In this document: positions 17,595-34,609 of the stretch, one piece after another | Position numbering within the stretch: position 1 is the stretch's first letter | How the letters are laid out: the number at the start of each line of letters is the position of its first letter | NCBI RefSeq assembly: GCF_009914755.1 | Contig: NC_060941.1 | DNA from: the human T2T-CHM13v2.0 reference genome, Homo sapiens | Reading direction: 5' to 3' (one strand) | DNA length: 64,000 nt | Program-made: the position numbers and the translations under genes | The notes under the pieces: model-generated | What the model saw: only the letters and a program-made list of their open reading frames with translations | Database searches by the model: none | Told to the model about the DNA's origin: nothing

Positions 17595-17723
17595 ATGGCT
17601 GGTTTACACTCTTCTGATAAGGTGGGGCCAAAGTTTTCAATTCCATCCCCAACTTTTTCTAAGTCAAGTTCAGCAATTTCAGAGGTAACACAGCCTCCAT
17701 CCTATGAAGATGCCGTAAAGCAG
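17595..17723 (+). CDS. MYOCD: Myocardin coding exon containing the PPSY (PPxY) motif
   Basis: Not in the ORF track (too short). Acceptor ttttacccatgcag|ATG. Translates MAGLHSSDKVGPKFSIPSPTFSKSSSAISEVTQPPSYEDAVKQ. Donor CAG|gtaacc. 129 nt. Confidence 0.94.
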
Positions 17724-18276
17724 GTAACCATGTGATTTGTTCTTTATGGAAGAATAGACTGACTCAATGAACAGACATTGTTTGATATGATTAAACTTCA
17801 CGCAGTTTGTAAATTCTGATATTGAGTGTGTCATGTGCCATACCACCAAAATAAGCAAATTATCTAGACAATAATTGGAAAACAGTGTTGCATGTGTAGC
17901 TGTGTGAGGCAGGGAGAGAAGAGGGTCACCTGTCTGGCTTTGGTACCAGTTCTGCCATCTGCCAGCTGCCACTGTCACTAAGGTGAATACTTCACCTCTC
18001 TTATGCAAAATAGGGATAATATTTACTTGGTAAGGATTCTAGATAGCCTCGCACTTACCACATTGTTCAGGCACATAATACCTTCTCAAATAGATGAGAG
18101 TGACTGTCAGGGTAATACTTCCTAAGGTTCTCCCTGGCTTTAAAATTCAGTGACCCTGGCAAAACACTGACGGGTATTGAAGCTGGATAATAAATGCAAG
18201 GAGGTTCACTGTATCCTCTACTTTCATTTGGATTTGGAAAGTCTCAAAATTAAAAAGTAAGAAAAAGAAAAAACAA

Positions 18277-18585
18277 GGCTGGGTCTGGTGGCTCACACCT
18301 GTAATCCCAGCACTTTGGGAGGCCAAGGTGAGTGGATCACCTGAGGTCAGGAGTTTGAGACCAGCCTGACCAACATGGTGAGACCCCATCTCTACTAAAA
18401 ATACAAAAATTAGCTGGGTGTGGTGGTGTGTGCCTGTAATCCCAGCTACTCTGGAGGCTGAGGCAGGAGAATTGCTTGAACCTGGGAGGTGGAGTTGCAG
18501 TGAGCCGAGTTTGTAGCACTGTACTCCAGCCCGGGTGACAAGAGCAAAACTCCATCTCAAAAAAAAAAGAAAAAGAAAAAGAGAA
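18277..18585 (+). mobile_element. AluS
   Basis: Alu consensus. Confidence 0.93.
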
Positions 18586-19555
18586 ACAATTAATGATCCC
18601 CTATTTCAAATAGTCTGAGCTTGGATAAGGTATTCGATAGCCCTTCATATGTGCTCAACCCAGAGAAGAACATTTACATCAATTGCTACATATGGGTATC
18701 CCACAGATCAAAGTCAGCCTGCAGTTAAGTTTTGTTTGGCTTAAAGAATGTTTTAAATAACAGGAGATGGTATGCAGAGTGGGCTTTCTCATTTCTAAAA
18801 AATTAGAGGATCTGGCAAACCAGGAGCCACACTGCTGCGAGACAACAATTGCCTAAACCAAGGTTCTTTTGCTACTTTGAGCCACAGCTATGCTCTGCTC
18901 TCTGCCTCTTTTTCTTATTCTATATTCAGTTCATTTCCATTACCTGCCAGACCCTTAGGCATCTGGTACCTTCTGAACTGATAAATGACTCATTTTTTGG
19001 TCAGTGCTCCCATCCATATTGATTACCGATACCTATGTTTATTGAGTCTGGGCTCTCAGAGGAGTGAGATGGATATATGCCTTTGTTCTCCCCATTCCTC
19101 TCCCCTGGTTTCTGTAAACATCAGCCGATTCTTCAGTTTCAAAAGAAAAGGGCCAGGCAAAGTGGACATCCAGAAATAAGACTCTACTGAGATGAGCCAG
19201 AGAGGAGGGGGCATACCCTACTGGTGTCTACAGGTTCCTCAAGCTACTGCCATGAGGAACCATCAAAATATGAGCCAAGTTCTTGAGCCACATTGGAGCA
19301 ACCAAGCAAGAGGTAGATTCAGGTCACTTCAAAGTAAGAGCGTAAAAAGACATTTTCTATTTATTAAGATGTCCTGCTCCTGGGATGAAAACCCCTCAAA
19401 CAACTGAACCGACTCTAAAGTACCCTGTGCTAGAAAGCATTCTGCCTTCTTTTTCCCTTCTCCTGTTGTAGTAGACTGTTTCATTCAGTAGATTATCTGC
19501 CTAAAATTACTACTGAAGCTTAATCAGACATGGTTTAAAAATTTTTAGGCAATAG

Positions 19556-20051
19556 ACCTATGTTCATAGCAGCATTATTCACTGTAGCCCAAAGGTAGAA
19601 ACAACCCATATGTTCATTGACAAATGAATGGATAAACAACATGTGTTATATCTATACAATGGAATTTTATTCAGTCTTTAAAAAAAAGAAATTCTGACAC
19701 ATGTCACAACATAGATCAACCTTAAGGACATTACGCTTAGGGAAATAAGCTAGTTGCAAAAGAATAAATCCTGTACGATTCGCTTCTATGAGGGACTTAG
19801 ATAGAATAGTCAAATTCGTAAAGGCAGAAAGGAAAATGGCGGTTGCCAGGGGCTAAAGGATGGGGTGTGGGAAATTATGGTTGAATGGATACACGATTTT
19901 AGTCTTGCAGGATTAAAAGAATTCTGAAGACAGATGGTGGTGATGGTCACACAATTGTGTGAATGTACTTAATGCCCCTTAACTGTACACTTAAAAATGG
20001 TTGATAGTAAATTTAAAGTTATGTGTATTTTGCCACAATTGGAAAAAAAAA
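19556..20051 (+). mobile_element. L1MB-like 3' end
   Basis: tgttcatagcagcattattc...gaatggataaac...gaatgtacttaatgcc...gtgtattttgccacaatt plus A tail. Confidence 0.85.
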
Positions 20052-20159
20052 TACCTTGACCAAACCTAGTTCAAAATCTTGCAGTGCTGCTTCTAATGAT
20101 TTCCTACGGAGATAACCACCTTCTAAATTGTCTGTCCTCCTTTGGTTAATTTGTAATAG

Positions 20160-20217
20160 CAAATGACCCGGAGTCAGCAGATGGATGAACTCCTGGACGT
20201 GCTTATTGAAAGCGGAG
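20160..20217 (+). CDS. MYOCD: Myocardin small coding exon (start of the transactivation domain)
   Basis: Acceptor ttaatttgtaatag|CAA. QMTRSQQMDELLDVLIESG is conserved in the MRTF family. Donor G|gtaaga. 58 nt, phase 1. Confidence 0.94.
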
Positions 20218-21071
20218 GTAAGACTGCCTGTGTCCTGTCCATTAGGACATTCTGAGCCCACATGAACTCTAAGGAATGAACTCTCGGTACCAAGATCAGA
20301 TGCACACTGTGAGTTGGATGTACCAGGTAGTCCTCAGGGAGAGCCATTTCCTTTGAGCTTCTCGCACATCTTTAGAGCTGATAAAAGAAGGCTTAGTGGA
20401 TGATTCCTCACTGCCTTTGTCCTAGGAGCATTTTTCAGCAATCATTTTAATAGTTTTCATGTTTCAGCCTAATCCTTGTTTCCTTAAGTGTTTTCTCTTG
20501 CTGCACTTCTTCTATGTTCTAATCTCAATGCCCCTGCCTTCTCAATTATAATAAAAGAAAAAAGCAGATAATGAACATTTTGTGCTACCTACTCAAAGTG
20601 AAATTCAATTAGCAACCTTCCACTGGATGGTTCATTCATGCTTAAATGTTATACATGCTAGCAATAAAACATAATCAGCATGTTCTTTTTGTCACCTTTT
20701 AATTTGTTCATTTATTTACTTAAAAAATTATGGAGTGTGTACCTAGAATTTTAAACCACACAAATGAATAAGATGACCTAAGGAGCATGTGTAGATCAAA
20801 ATAAAAGCACTCAGGGAGGAATCCTTAAGCCAAAAACATTTAAAATTTCAGAGACGGAGGTAGCAAAGGACTCAGAGAAGGGGTAGCCAGGCGTTGTCAT
20901 AGTCTCCGTGCTGCATCAGACAAGATCCTGATTCCTATGGAGTTTACAGTCTGGTAAGGGAGACAGACAACAAGCAAGTGAACAGACCTTTCCTCCATTG
21001 TAGCAAGAGGGAAGAAGGAAGAGATGGGTACAAACATATGTATGTAAATGAGTTCTGTAATGGAAAGATGA

Positions 21072-21417
<346 letters not shown>

Positions 21418-22567
21418 TGCCCTTGTATATTTTTAATGAAATATGTGGCAAGGCCAGAAAAGCGTGAGGATGCAGAAGGGGAGTGTGGAAGATTCAGGGG
21501 AAGAAGAGCAGTTATGACTTAATCATGAATGAACTGAGTTTTCTGGAGAAACACAGCTGGGTTGTTTTGCAGTCTTAAATGCCAGTTGTAGGTCTGACCT
21601 CAGAAATCTAAAGTGAAACCAAGTCAGCTTAGTTGTTTAATTTTTCTCTTGCAATGTTCTGCTGATCCAGAGCATGCTCAGCGAAGGCAGATGATCAGGT
21701 TCCTCCAGGTGTGGGGTTCTGCCAAAAATACAGGCTAGACAAGGAAAGAAGTGAAGACCAGAGGGGCTGGTGGACAGTGATAACATAGTAGAGTCTATGG
21801 ATTAGTGTGACTGTAAATGGTTGGGAAATTATTGTTACAAGGTACATAATAAGTGGCTTGGAGGGTTGGGAGAGGATGGACAGAGAATAGAAAATATAGC
21901 TTGAAAGTGAGCTTTCAGAGGGATGCAGTATTTGGAGATGACACAATCCAAGGTGTGTCTGACAGAGTGGCAGTGGGGGAATCACTGGAGTTGAGGAGGA
22001 AGTCGGGAGCTCAGAGGCCAGCATGAACACTGTGATTTCCAAGGATGCTCAGGTTACAGAATGAGAAGGGTTCAAGTGGGGAAAAGGCAATGGAGTAGGA
22101 AGCAGAGTTTTCAGTAGATGAGGGGGAGTGACCAGGAGGCTAGGGGTGAGGCATTGCTGTCACCCTCAAAACCCAAAACTGCTGAGTTGTCATCAGAAGC
22201 GGGGGGAGTAGCAATCAGAAAGTGGCAATGGCATGGCGCCTGGTCCCTCATCTTCAGGCCCTCACTGATGGTGTTGGGATGGACTCAGTGTCCTCAAGGG
22301 ACTACCAGGGGTCAGAGGAGTAGGCCAGGAACCTTCAGAGAAGAGAGTTTAATAATCACAGAGTGGAATTCCCAAGAGGAAAGGGTTTGGGAAAAACCAG
22401 AGGGAAGATGAATTGGAGATTGATAGAGCAGCTTAGAGATGAGACTGGGTGGTGAGCGGTGACCAGGGAAGCGTGGCCATCTTCTGTATCTAAGTGTAAC
22501 TCACTCATATTGTGTGGCATGCTCAATTTGAAGTGATTTAACAAGTCACATCGTGTATTGCCCACAG

Positions 22568-23139
22568 AAATGCCAGCAGACGCTAGAGAGGATCACTCAT
22601 GTCTTCAAAAAGTCCCAAAGATACCCAGATCTTCCCGAAGTCCAACTGCTGTCCTCACCAAGCCCTCGGCTTCCTTTGAACAAGCCTCTTCAGGCAGCCA
22701 GATCCCCTTTGATCCCTATGCCACCGACAGTGATGAGCATCTTGAAGTCTTATTAAATTCCCAGAGCCCCCTAGGAAAGATGAGTGATGTCACCCTTCTA
22801 AAAATTGGGAGCGAAGAGCCTCACTTTGATGGGATAATGGATGGATTCTCTGGGAAGGCTGCAGAAGACCTCTTCAATGCACATGAGATCTTGCCAGGCC
22901 CCCTCTCTCCAATGCAGACACAGTTTTCACCCTCTTCTGTGGACAGCAATGGGCTGCAGTTAAGCTTCACTGAATCTCCCTGGGAAACCATGGAGTGGCT
23001 GGACCTCACTCCGCCAAATTCCACACCAGGCTTTAGCGCCCTCACCACCAGCAGCCCCAGCATCTTCAACATCGATTTCCTGGATGTCACTGATCTCAAT
23101 TTGAATTCTTCCATGGACCTTCACTTGCAGCAGTGGTAG
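22568..23139 (+). CDS. MYOCD: Myocardin terminal coding exon: acidic transactivation domain to stop
   Basis: Acceptor ttgcccacag|AA completes the Glu codon G+AA. Translates EMPADAREDHSCLQKVPK...ESPWETMEWLDLTPP...SIFNIDFLDVTDLNLNSSMDLHLQQW, with TAG at 23137-23139. Confidence 0.97.
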
Positions 23140-23357
23140 AATGCCCAATGCACCAGTGCTATGGAAGACCAATGGAGTTCCATGGGGGAAAGCACACAGC
23201 CATACATACTTTACTGTCCAAAAACAGAAGAAGAAGAAGAGAATTAAAAAGAAGCAATGATTTCTGTGCCAATGAACAAGAACAAAAGTCATTTTTAGAA
23301 ATACATATACTGTAATATTTACCAACAGTCAGTAACTGTTAATGATTTCAACAATGC

Positions 23358-23363
23358 ATTAAA
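23358..23363 (+). terminator. Candidate proximal poly(A) signal (ATTAAA)
   Basis: ATTAAA ~220 nt after the stop codon, followed by TGTGCTTTCTC. Confidence 0.35.
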
Positions 23364-24894
23364 AGAATGTGCTTTCTCAGATTAAGGATGCCAAAAAAGA
23401 TATTTCACTGCCTTTTCAAAGACCAGTATATTTTCTAGCCCATAATTTTTCTCAGGCATTGTTGGGGCATAAGCTCACACTGTAAGCTTTTCTCATGAAT
23501 TCACTAGACATAACGTGGAAGGAAAACGTAGTCTTTTGGGAGTACAGGGAAGCCAGCCCCTCAAAGCTTATGGAAGACATACCTGCAATGGAAGCTGTTG
23601 CCCAATGTCTCCATTACTATCTTTCAAAAGAGAAGCCAGACCCAGCTTCAGATCAAAAGTTCTTGAGACAGAGGAACAAAACCAATCGATTTCCAGGGAA
23701 GCTAATCAACTCTCTTTTCCCTCTACCACAAAACTGCCCTGCTGGAGTGGTTCTGAACCTGTACCCAGGACTCGATGTGGTCACTAATAACAATTAACCT
23801 GAACTGAGTCCACAGAACTCCACTCGGAACTTTCTTCTTTTTTAACTAGTGGCCCAATCATTCCCACCATCTCTGTGCTGATAAGTACGTGTCCTAGATG
23901 AGAACCCTGAAGAATGCAGACCTTCTTCCCCCGAAGGAGATGCCACAAGCTCTCCAACACAGCCCCCTTTAGTTCCAAAGACTAGAGATGACCACATTGG
24001 TAGAAGTATATCTCGAGGCACAGGAAGGGAGCCCCACCAGGGATAATTCAGACAGGACTAGAGAATAACATCATTTCACATACCCTGGGATAAACACCCT
24101 GGGTTCCTATAGAAGGACTATTACTTATGGGAGTCCAACTTCTCCTTTTGTTTTGTTATTATCAGTTTATCTTTCTCCCACTCCACTTTTCCTTCAAGGT
24201 ACCAATCCTTTCCTGTTCCTCGTTTGGCCATCTTTCTTTTTCTGCCTCCACATTGGGAGGGGAGGACTTCTCAGTTCTAACAAGCTGCCATACTCCTAAG
24301 AAAGCCATTTTTGAAAAATTTAACAATCCAGGTTCTTCTGGAGAACTCATTCTCCACACGCACAGTTTGCTGCAAAAGGAAGTTGCAAGAATTTCTTGAG
24401 GAAGAAACTGGTGACTTGGTCCATCAGTCACGAAGTTCTTTCTATTCTCGTTTAGTTTTCAAGAAATTATTGGTTTGTGTTGCTCTGGGGAAATTGGAAA
24501 TCATTACATTGTAAAGACAAATATGGATGATATTTACAGGAGAGAATTTCAGATCTGGGTTTTTGAAAGAAAACAGAATTGCGCATTGAAAACGATGGAA
24601 GGAAAAAGACAATGGTCTAATGTGCATTCCTCATTACCTCTCGTGGCTTTGGCTGGGAGTTGGAAAAAGCTAAAATTTCAGAACAGTCTCTGTAAGGCTC
24701 TCTGTGGCTCCAGTTCACCATTTTATATTGTTGCATGCTGTAGAAAGGAGCTATTGCTGTTGTTTTGTTTTTTTATTTAAATCACTAAGGCACTGTTTTT
24801 ATCTTTTGTAAAAAAAAAAAAAAAGTTGTTCACTGTGCACTTATAGAAAAAATAATCAAAAATGTTGGGATTTTAGAAGCTCTCTTTTTGATAA

Positions 24895-24902
24895 ACCAAA
24901 GA
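24895..24902 (+). promoter_or_regulatory. miR-9-5p 8mer seed site in the MYOCD 3' UTR
   Basis: ACCAAAGA, preceded by GATAA, which extends pairing to miR-9 (UCUUUGGUUAUC...). Confidence 0.6.
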
Positions 24903-26436
24903 TTTAGAAGTCATTCCATTGTTAACTTGTAAAAATGTGTGAACACAGAGAGTTTTTGGTGATTGCTACTCTGAAAGCTGCCAGATCTTATTCTGGGGGT
25001 GGGATGTGGAGGAATACACATACACACACAAACATACATGTATGTATAATAGATATATACATATGTGTATATTATATCTGTGTGTGCATGTATCTCCAAA
25101 AGCGGCGTTACAGAGTTCTACACCAAAAGCCTTTAACCCTTAATCTGCTGTGAATGATACCTGGCCTTTCTCACTATGAATTTCTGATTAACCAACCAGA
25201 CTACACGTTGCCTCTCTGTGTATGACTAACGGCTCCAACCCGATGACTCACAGCTACTTGCTTATCGTGAACAAGCTCATCTTGGCAATGAATATGGATG
25301 TGAAAAGACAGAACAGCTTCACCATTAGTAGCTGGAAATGGTATCACAGTCTCTTATAGAGGAATATGAAAGGAACAAGAAAATCATTTTACATTCCTTT
25401 TATCTGTATTGTGCTTTAAAAGATCCACATGGTAAATTTTTTATTTTGCTTTTATGTCAGTCATCAGAACCAAAAAAATCCAGAAGAAAAAATTGCCAGT
25501 GTTTCCTTTGAAGATGAAGCTACTGGGGAAGAAAACCTTATTAATACACTCCACACATTTGTTCATTCCTCAGCTGTTGGTGTTTTCTTGGGGTCTTGAC
25601 AAAGCTTGCTGGTCAGTGCACTTTTCAGGTGTCACGTTTTGCTGTTTGTATGTTTTTTCTTCCCCTTACTTCCTTTGGAAAACAAACTCACACAGTGCCC
25701 CTACTCTGAGACCTGGGACTGAGTGTTAATTATTTTTTCCTTGGGTATTTCTATCTGAGAGACTAGACCTAGTTAGGAGGCCTCTGTACTTCTCCAGATT
25801 GTACCTTTTTATGGGGATCTTTGAGGCTATGACCCAGGACTGATAGATATGCCTTACGGAAGACAAAAGATAAAATGGTTCCTATATCCTAATGCAAACC
25901 AACACAGTTAAAAGAGCAGATCTCTGGATAACTGCTCTCAACCTGCTTCTACAGTCTCCACAAACCGCATTCACCCTCTCTCTTCATAGCTCAGACATGA
26001 AATTTGAGGGAGAAAACTGGAGATAATTGGGAGAAAATTGATGAAGTTGGCTGCTTCCAGTAGATCAGATAATCCATGAATTTGTCTCCCATTGAGAATT
26101 TTATTTTAAATTCTTTTAAACTCTTCGTTGTGTCTTTTGTGATGACAAATCAGGCATGACTAAAAGATGTACAGAGACTTACGAAGATGGTCACATTCAA
26201 GTTCCCTAATGCTCTTAGAACCTGAAGATGACCATGTGTAGTTTTCTTAAGACCTCTGAACCCCCATGGTGATGAAGACTTGAAGACATTTGCAGCTATC
26301 TGCTGCAGTCTGGTAGATTCATACTTATCTAAAGAAGTCAAAAAATTTATTCGTGCAAGTGCTTGCAGGAAGCCAGTGCTTATTAGTAGTGACCCTGCTT
26401 CTATCAACGTTATTGAGACAACACATATTCTATTCT

Positions 26437-26592
26437 AAGGGAGAAAGAGGGAGGAAGAGAGGGAGGGAGGGAGGAAGAAGAGGGAGGGAGCGAGGAAGGA
26501 AGATAGGAGATGGGTAGGGGCGTAAAGAGAAAAGGAGGGAGAAGGGAAGGAAGGAAAGAAGAGAGGAAAGAAAGGAGGGAAGGAAAAAAGGG
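26437..26592 (+). repeat. Polypurine (GA-rich) low-complexity tract in the MYOCD 3' UTR
   Basis: ~155 nt almost entirely G/A. Confidence 0.9.
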
Positions 26593-26806
26593 CCAAACTT
26601 TCTGATCTATGAACTTCTCAGTTCAGCTGTCACATTATGAGAAGTAAATCAGAATTTTTTTAAGGAGAAGTCATTCTTAGCACTACAATAATTGTACCAG
26701 TAATTGAGGAAACCAAGACAATCTTCACCTGAATAATAGAGGGTCTGAGAACTGTCAGCCTTTTGCCATTCAAAAACATTTATGTCCAACCTGAAAAAAA
26801 AGCATC

Positions 26807-26812
26807 AATAAA
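26807..26812 (+). terminator. Candidate intermediate poly(A) signal (AATAAA)
   Basis: AATAAA followed ~35 nt later by U-rich TGTTATTTATTTT. Confidence 0.4.
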
Positions 26813-28418
26813 ACCTATCCCAAGCATTCAAAATAGTCCTTTCCAAATGTTATTTATTTTAAAGTCAATCAGCTCTTTTAGAAACAGATTCTGGTCTGGC
26901 TGAAAACTCCCACAACAAATTTACTCATCCAGTGGCTAATATTTAATGCCCACCATGGGCAGAGCACACAAATCTTCAGATAAACAATACTGAATTGATT
27001 CAGCACAGATTGTTCAGATTTGAATGACCAGGGAGTTGTATTTGCACATGCAAGAACACTAAGAATCTCCCAGTCCTCAAACTAGAAACCTTTCAGCTAT
27101 GATGAAAAAAAAAAAGGGGTCTTCATTTTTCCAAGAGTGGGTGGAGGTGGGGATCACTTTTTAGCTAAAAGCTATCTCTCACTTCAAAATTCTTGTCTTT
27201 TTCTTTGTGGACAAACACCAGTAGTCTATCACTTGGAGATCTTTTAATATCTCCCATCATTTAAAACATCCACGAGAGTTTGAAGATTTGTGTTGATTGC
27301 CAGATACAGAAGCCCCTTGAAAATAAGGAAAGGGTGGAGGAAGCATTTTTGTGTCCTATCCCTACTTATCGTAGCAGCTCTATAGACAAAAGGGACACTT
27401 ACTGGTGAGCCTCTGGCCCTTAAAAGAAAATCATCTAAGAATATGAAGGCAATTTGATTTCCCCCCACAGCCCTCAGCTGCCTTCCTCACAGAAGGAAGT
27501 TCCCAAAATTGCTGGTACACAGTTTGCAATCAAATATCAGATATGAGAAAACCTGTAGTGAAGAGTCTGGGTTCTTGGTTTTCTCATAAATCCAATATAA
27601 ATTTGTAGGTTGGTTCAGGGTCAAAATTGCCAGTGCTTTATTAGACAGATGATACTGATAGACACACAGAGCCCAGGTCCTGGAACAAGACAATCCTGTA
27701 GTGCCAAGATCTGGTCAGTTGCGTTAAGGAGCTGGGTTTGATTCTAGAGTCCAGGTTTATAGAGAAACCCTGGCTAGATTGAGCCTACCCATGGGGAGAC
27801 GATTTCAAGACAGGATGAGATCTGGGAAGAATTTTGTTGTCATCTGCCAGGGAAATTATCACAGGACTCATTGAATGCAATAACATGTGAGTAAGTTCCC
27901 TTTTGATTCTGGGAATCAGCGATTTTCCCTGTGGATTAAGACAAACCAACGCCAGAAGGTCTCCTGTGCTTATTTTAACCATCTGCTCCCATCGTGAACC
28001 CTGGAGCATGCATTTCCTAGAAGTGGTTTCATAGCTCCTGTGTGTTCATGGAAAAGGGGAGTATAATGATGGGGATGCTGGAAGCTTTTTTAATGTTTTC
28101 CAAAGGAAAGGAACCCACACTGCTCCCCAGAGTTCCTTTCCAATGGCCCTGCAGTAAGAACGGAGGACAATGTATTGCTGGGTGCTTAAAATCCTCCCTC
28201 AGTGAAGCACAAAGAGACACTTTGTAAAGAAAAAAAGAGCAAGCATAGGTTCTCTGTGGGACCTTGTGGAGTGGTGTTTTCACGTTGGTCTCTTTGGCTC
28301 AATTGAGCATAATCAGAAAGAAATGTGGGTTATTGGGAAGAGACAAAAAGCAGTGGCTAAAATACCAAAGTTGGCATGTGTTCTTTTTTTAAAAAAAAAA
28401 AAAATGCATATATTTTTA

Positions 28419-28480
28419 AATAAAATGTTTATTTTAAAAAGAAATGTAAAACTTTTTTTTTTTCGTGGCTGTGTGATGTA
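28419..28480 (+). terminator. Distal polyadenylation signal with downstream U/GU-rich element
   Basis: AATAAA at 28419-28424, then TTTTTTTTTTTCGTGGCTGTGTGATGT ~30 nt downstream. Confidence 0.7.
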
Positions 28481-29864
28481 CCCAGGCCTTATGCTATGTA
28501 CTATTTATATGTGTTATTTCCTTTTATTCCCACAATGGGCCCATGAAGTAGTACCATTATTATCCTCATTTTTGCAAATAAAGAAACCAGGCTTAGAGGA
28601 TACGTAAATTGCCTAAAGTTACACAACTGAGAAATGGCAGAGCCAAGAGTCAGACTGTGATTTGCCTGCCTCCAAAGCCCGGATCTTAAGCACTGCACAA
28701 ACTGTCTGAACTGATACTTACTATGGATCATACTAATACAATCAGAACTTTCGCAAAACAGATTCTCAAGCTATGTATATGCCCATTAAGATACATACAT
28801 ACATATACAACTTAGCGAATTCAATGTTTTCATCAGTTTAGTAACTGAGCAAGTTGAATAATAATGTAGGATAAACTGGGTATCAAGAGGCCTATATGTA
28901 TAGACTTCCTGAATAAGACCTAGTTTTTAATCTACTTTTTCCTCTTAAATTTATTCCTGCCTATTATTTTGTCATTGGTGAACCTATTAACCACATAGGG
29001 GAAATATCAGACTGTGAAAAGAGCCCTGGAATGGACAAATGTCCCAAGCCCTGGTTTAGCTAAGAACTGATCTTTCTCCCTACCACAGCTCTCTCTGCCC
29101 CTGCGTCAGCCTTACTTTCTGGTGGGCTCTCCTATGTAGAATCAACAAGGCCATGGGTTGCCAGCAGCCCCACATGTAGCAATTCCAGCAACAAGAGAGT
29201 TTCTCAGTCCTGAGAATCCTAGCAGAAATCTCAGAGCTTGCTCTCAGTGGTCCCAGCAGGTCATGGTCATCCCTGAATCCGTATCTATGGCCATGAGAAG
29301 CGGATATAAATACATGCACAGGAGCTGGATACCCTGCTCGGCCCTGAGCTATGGAGTGGGATCATTTGAATCTCATGGACTGGCAGTAGGGAAGGTGAGT
29401 TTTTCTAAGGGAAAGTTGGGGTGCTAGTACCAAAGGGTGCTGAAAAAGCAGAAATAGTAGATTTCTATGACATAATTCCTACTTTCAGGAAGTTGCCATC
29501 TAGCGAGGAGACAAGAAAATAGGGAATAATGCGTAGTCTGATAATCGCATGCTATGTGCTACCAGAAGGGCATTTAATAAAGTCTTGGTGGGTGGAGGTG
29601 GAGGAAGGATGGATGGCCAGGAAGAACTCTCCAGAGGAGGAAGGCACTATGCCAAGACATTAAATGACACAGGAGTTAGGCAGGCAAACTGCTAAGGAAA
29701 GGAGCATTCCAGACTGAGGAAATAGCCTGTGCAAAGGCCTGAAGATTTAAGAGAATTGACAGTATTCAGGGGATGTAGATGGTAGAACAAGGAGGCAGGG
29801 GTGCCGCTGGCAGAAGTGTAGGAAAGAAAAGAGGGCCAGGGCTGTTTGAAGAAAGTACCACAGT

Positions 29865-30148
<284 letters not shown>

Positions 30149-30166
30149 GAACTACAAACAGGGTGG

Positions 30167-30852
<686 letters not shown>

Positions 30853-31090
30853 AGGGGGCAAGATGGGGGCCAGACCATGAAGGGACTCATAAGACACATT
30901 GAGGAGTCTAGACTTGTTTTGAAGACAGCGGGGCATCACTGGAGAGTTTTAAGCAAGACAGTGCTGTCATAACCCTTTCACCTTAGAAAGATGATTCCAG
31001 CTACAGGGTGGATTGGAGTGTCAAGGACACGGGAAGGGCAGCATAGTACATTTGTGTGAATTCATCTGATAAATTGCTGTACCCTCCTTA

Positions 31091-34020
<2,930 letters not shown>

Positions 34021-34246
34021 TAAAAAGCCACAAAGGAGTCAAAAGTACTCCCACTAGAGGAATTCACATGTGTGAGGACTTACAGGCAAAATAAATAAGT
34101 TGCATTGCAAAAAGCTGGGTGAATTTCAGAACAGTTGGAACAGAGGACAGTCGCACAGCTAGGGTGGAGGGAGGGGAAGACCGGGAAGAACTGCTGGAAT
34201 ATCCAGACAGAAGGCCAGAGTGATGGCCACAAAAGTGGAGGAAGCT

Positions 34247-34609
<363 letters not shown>

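Larger units (their letters stand above)
23140..28450 (+). other. MYOCD: MYOCD long 3' UTR (~5.3 kb; 3' end approximate)
   Basis: Unique, Alu-free sequence after the stop codon. Ends at AATAAA (28419-28424) followed by a U-run and GU-rich element. Confidence 0.75.

Noticed and set aside
25804-25814. CArG-like CCTTTTTATGG (and CCATATTTAGG near 47503) as possible SRF autoregulatory sites
   Set aside because: Both have seven A/T bases between CC and GG rather than six, so they are not consensus CArG boxes. My by-eye search for true CArG boxes was not exhaustive.
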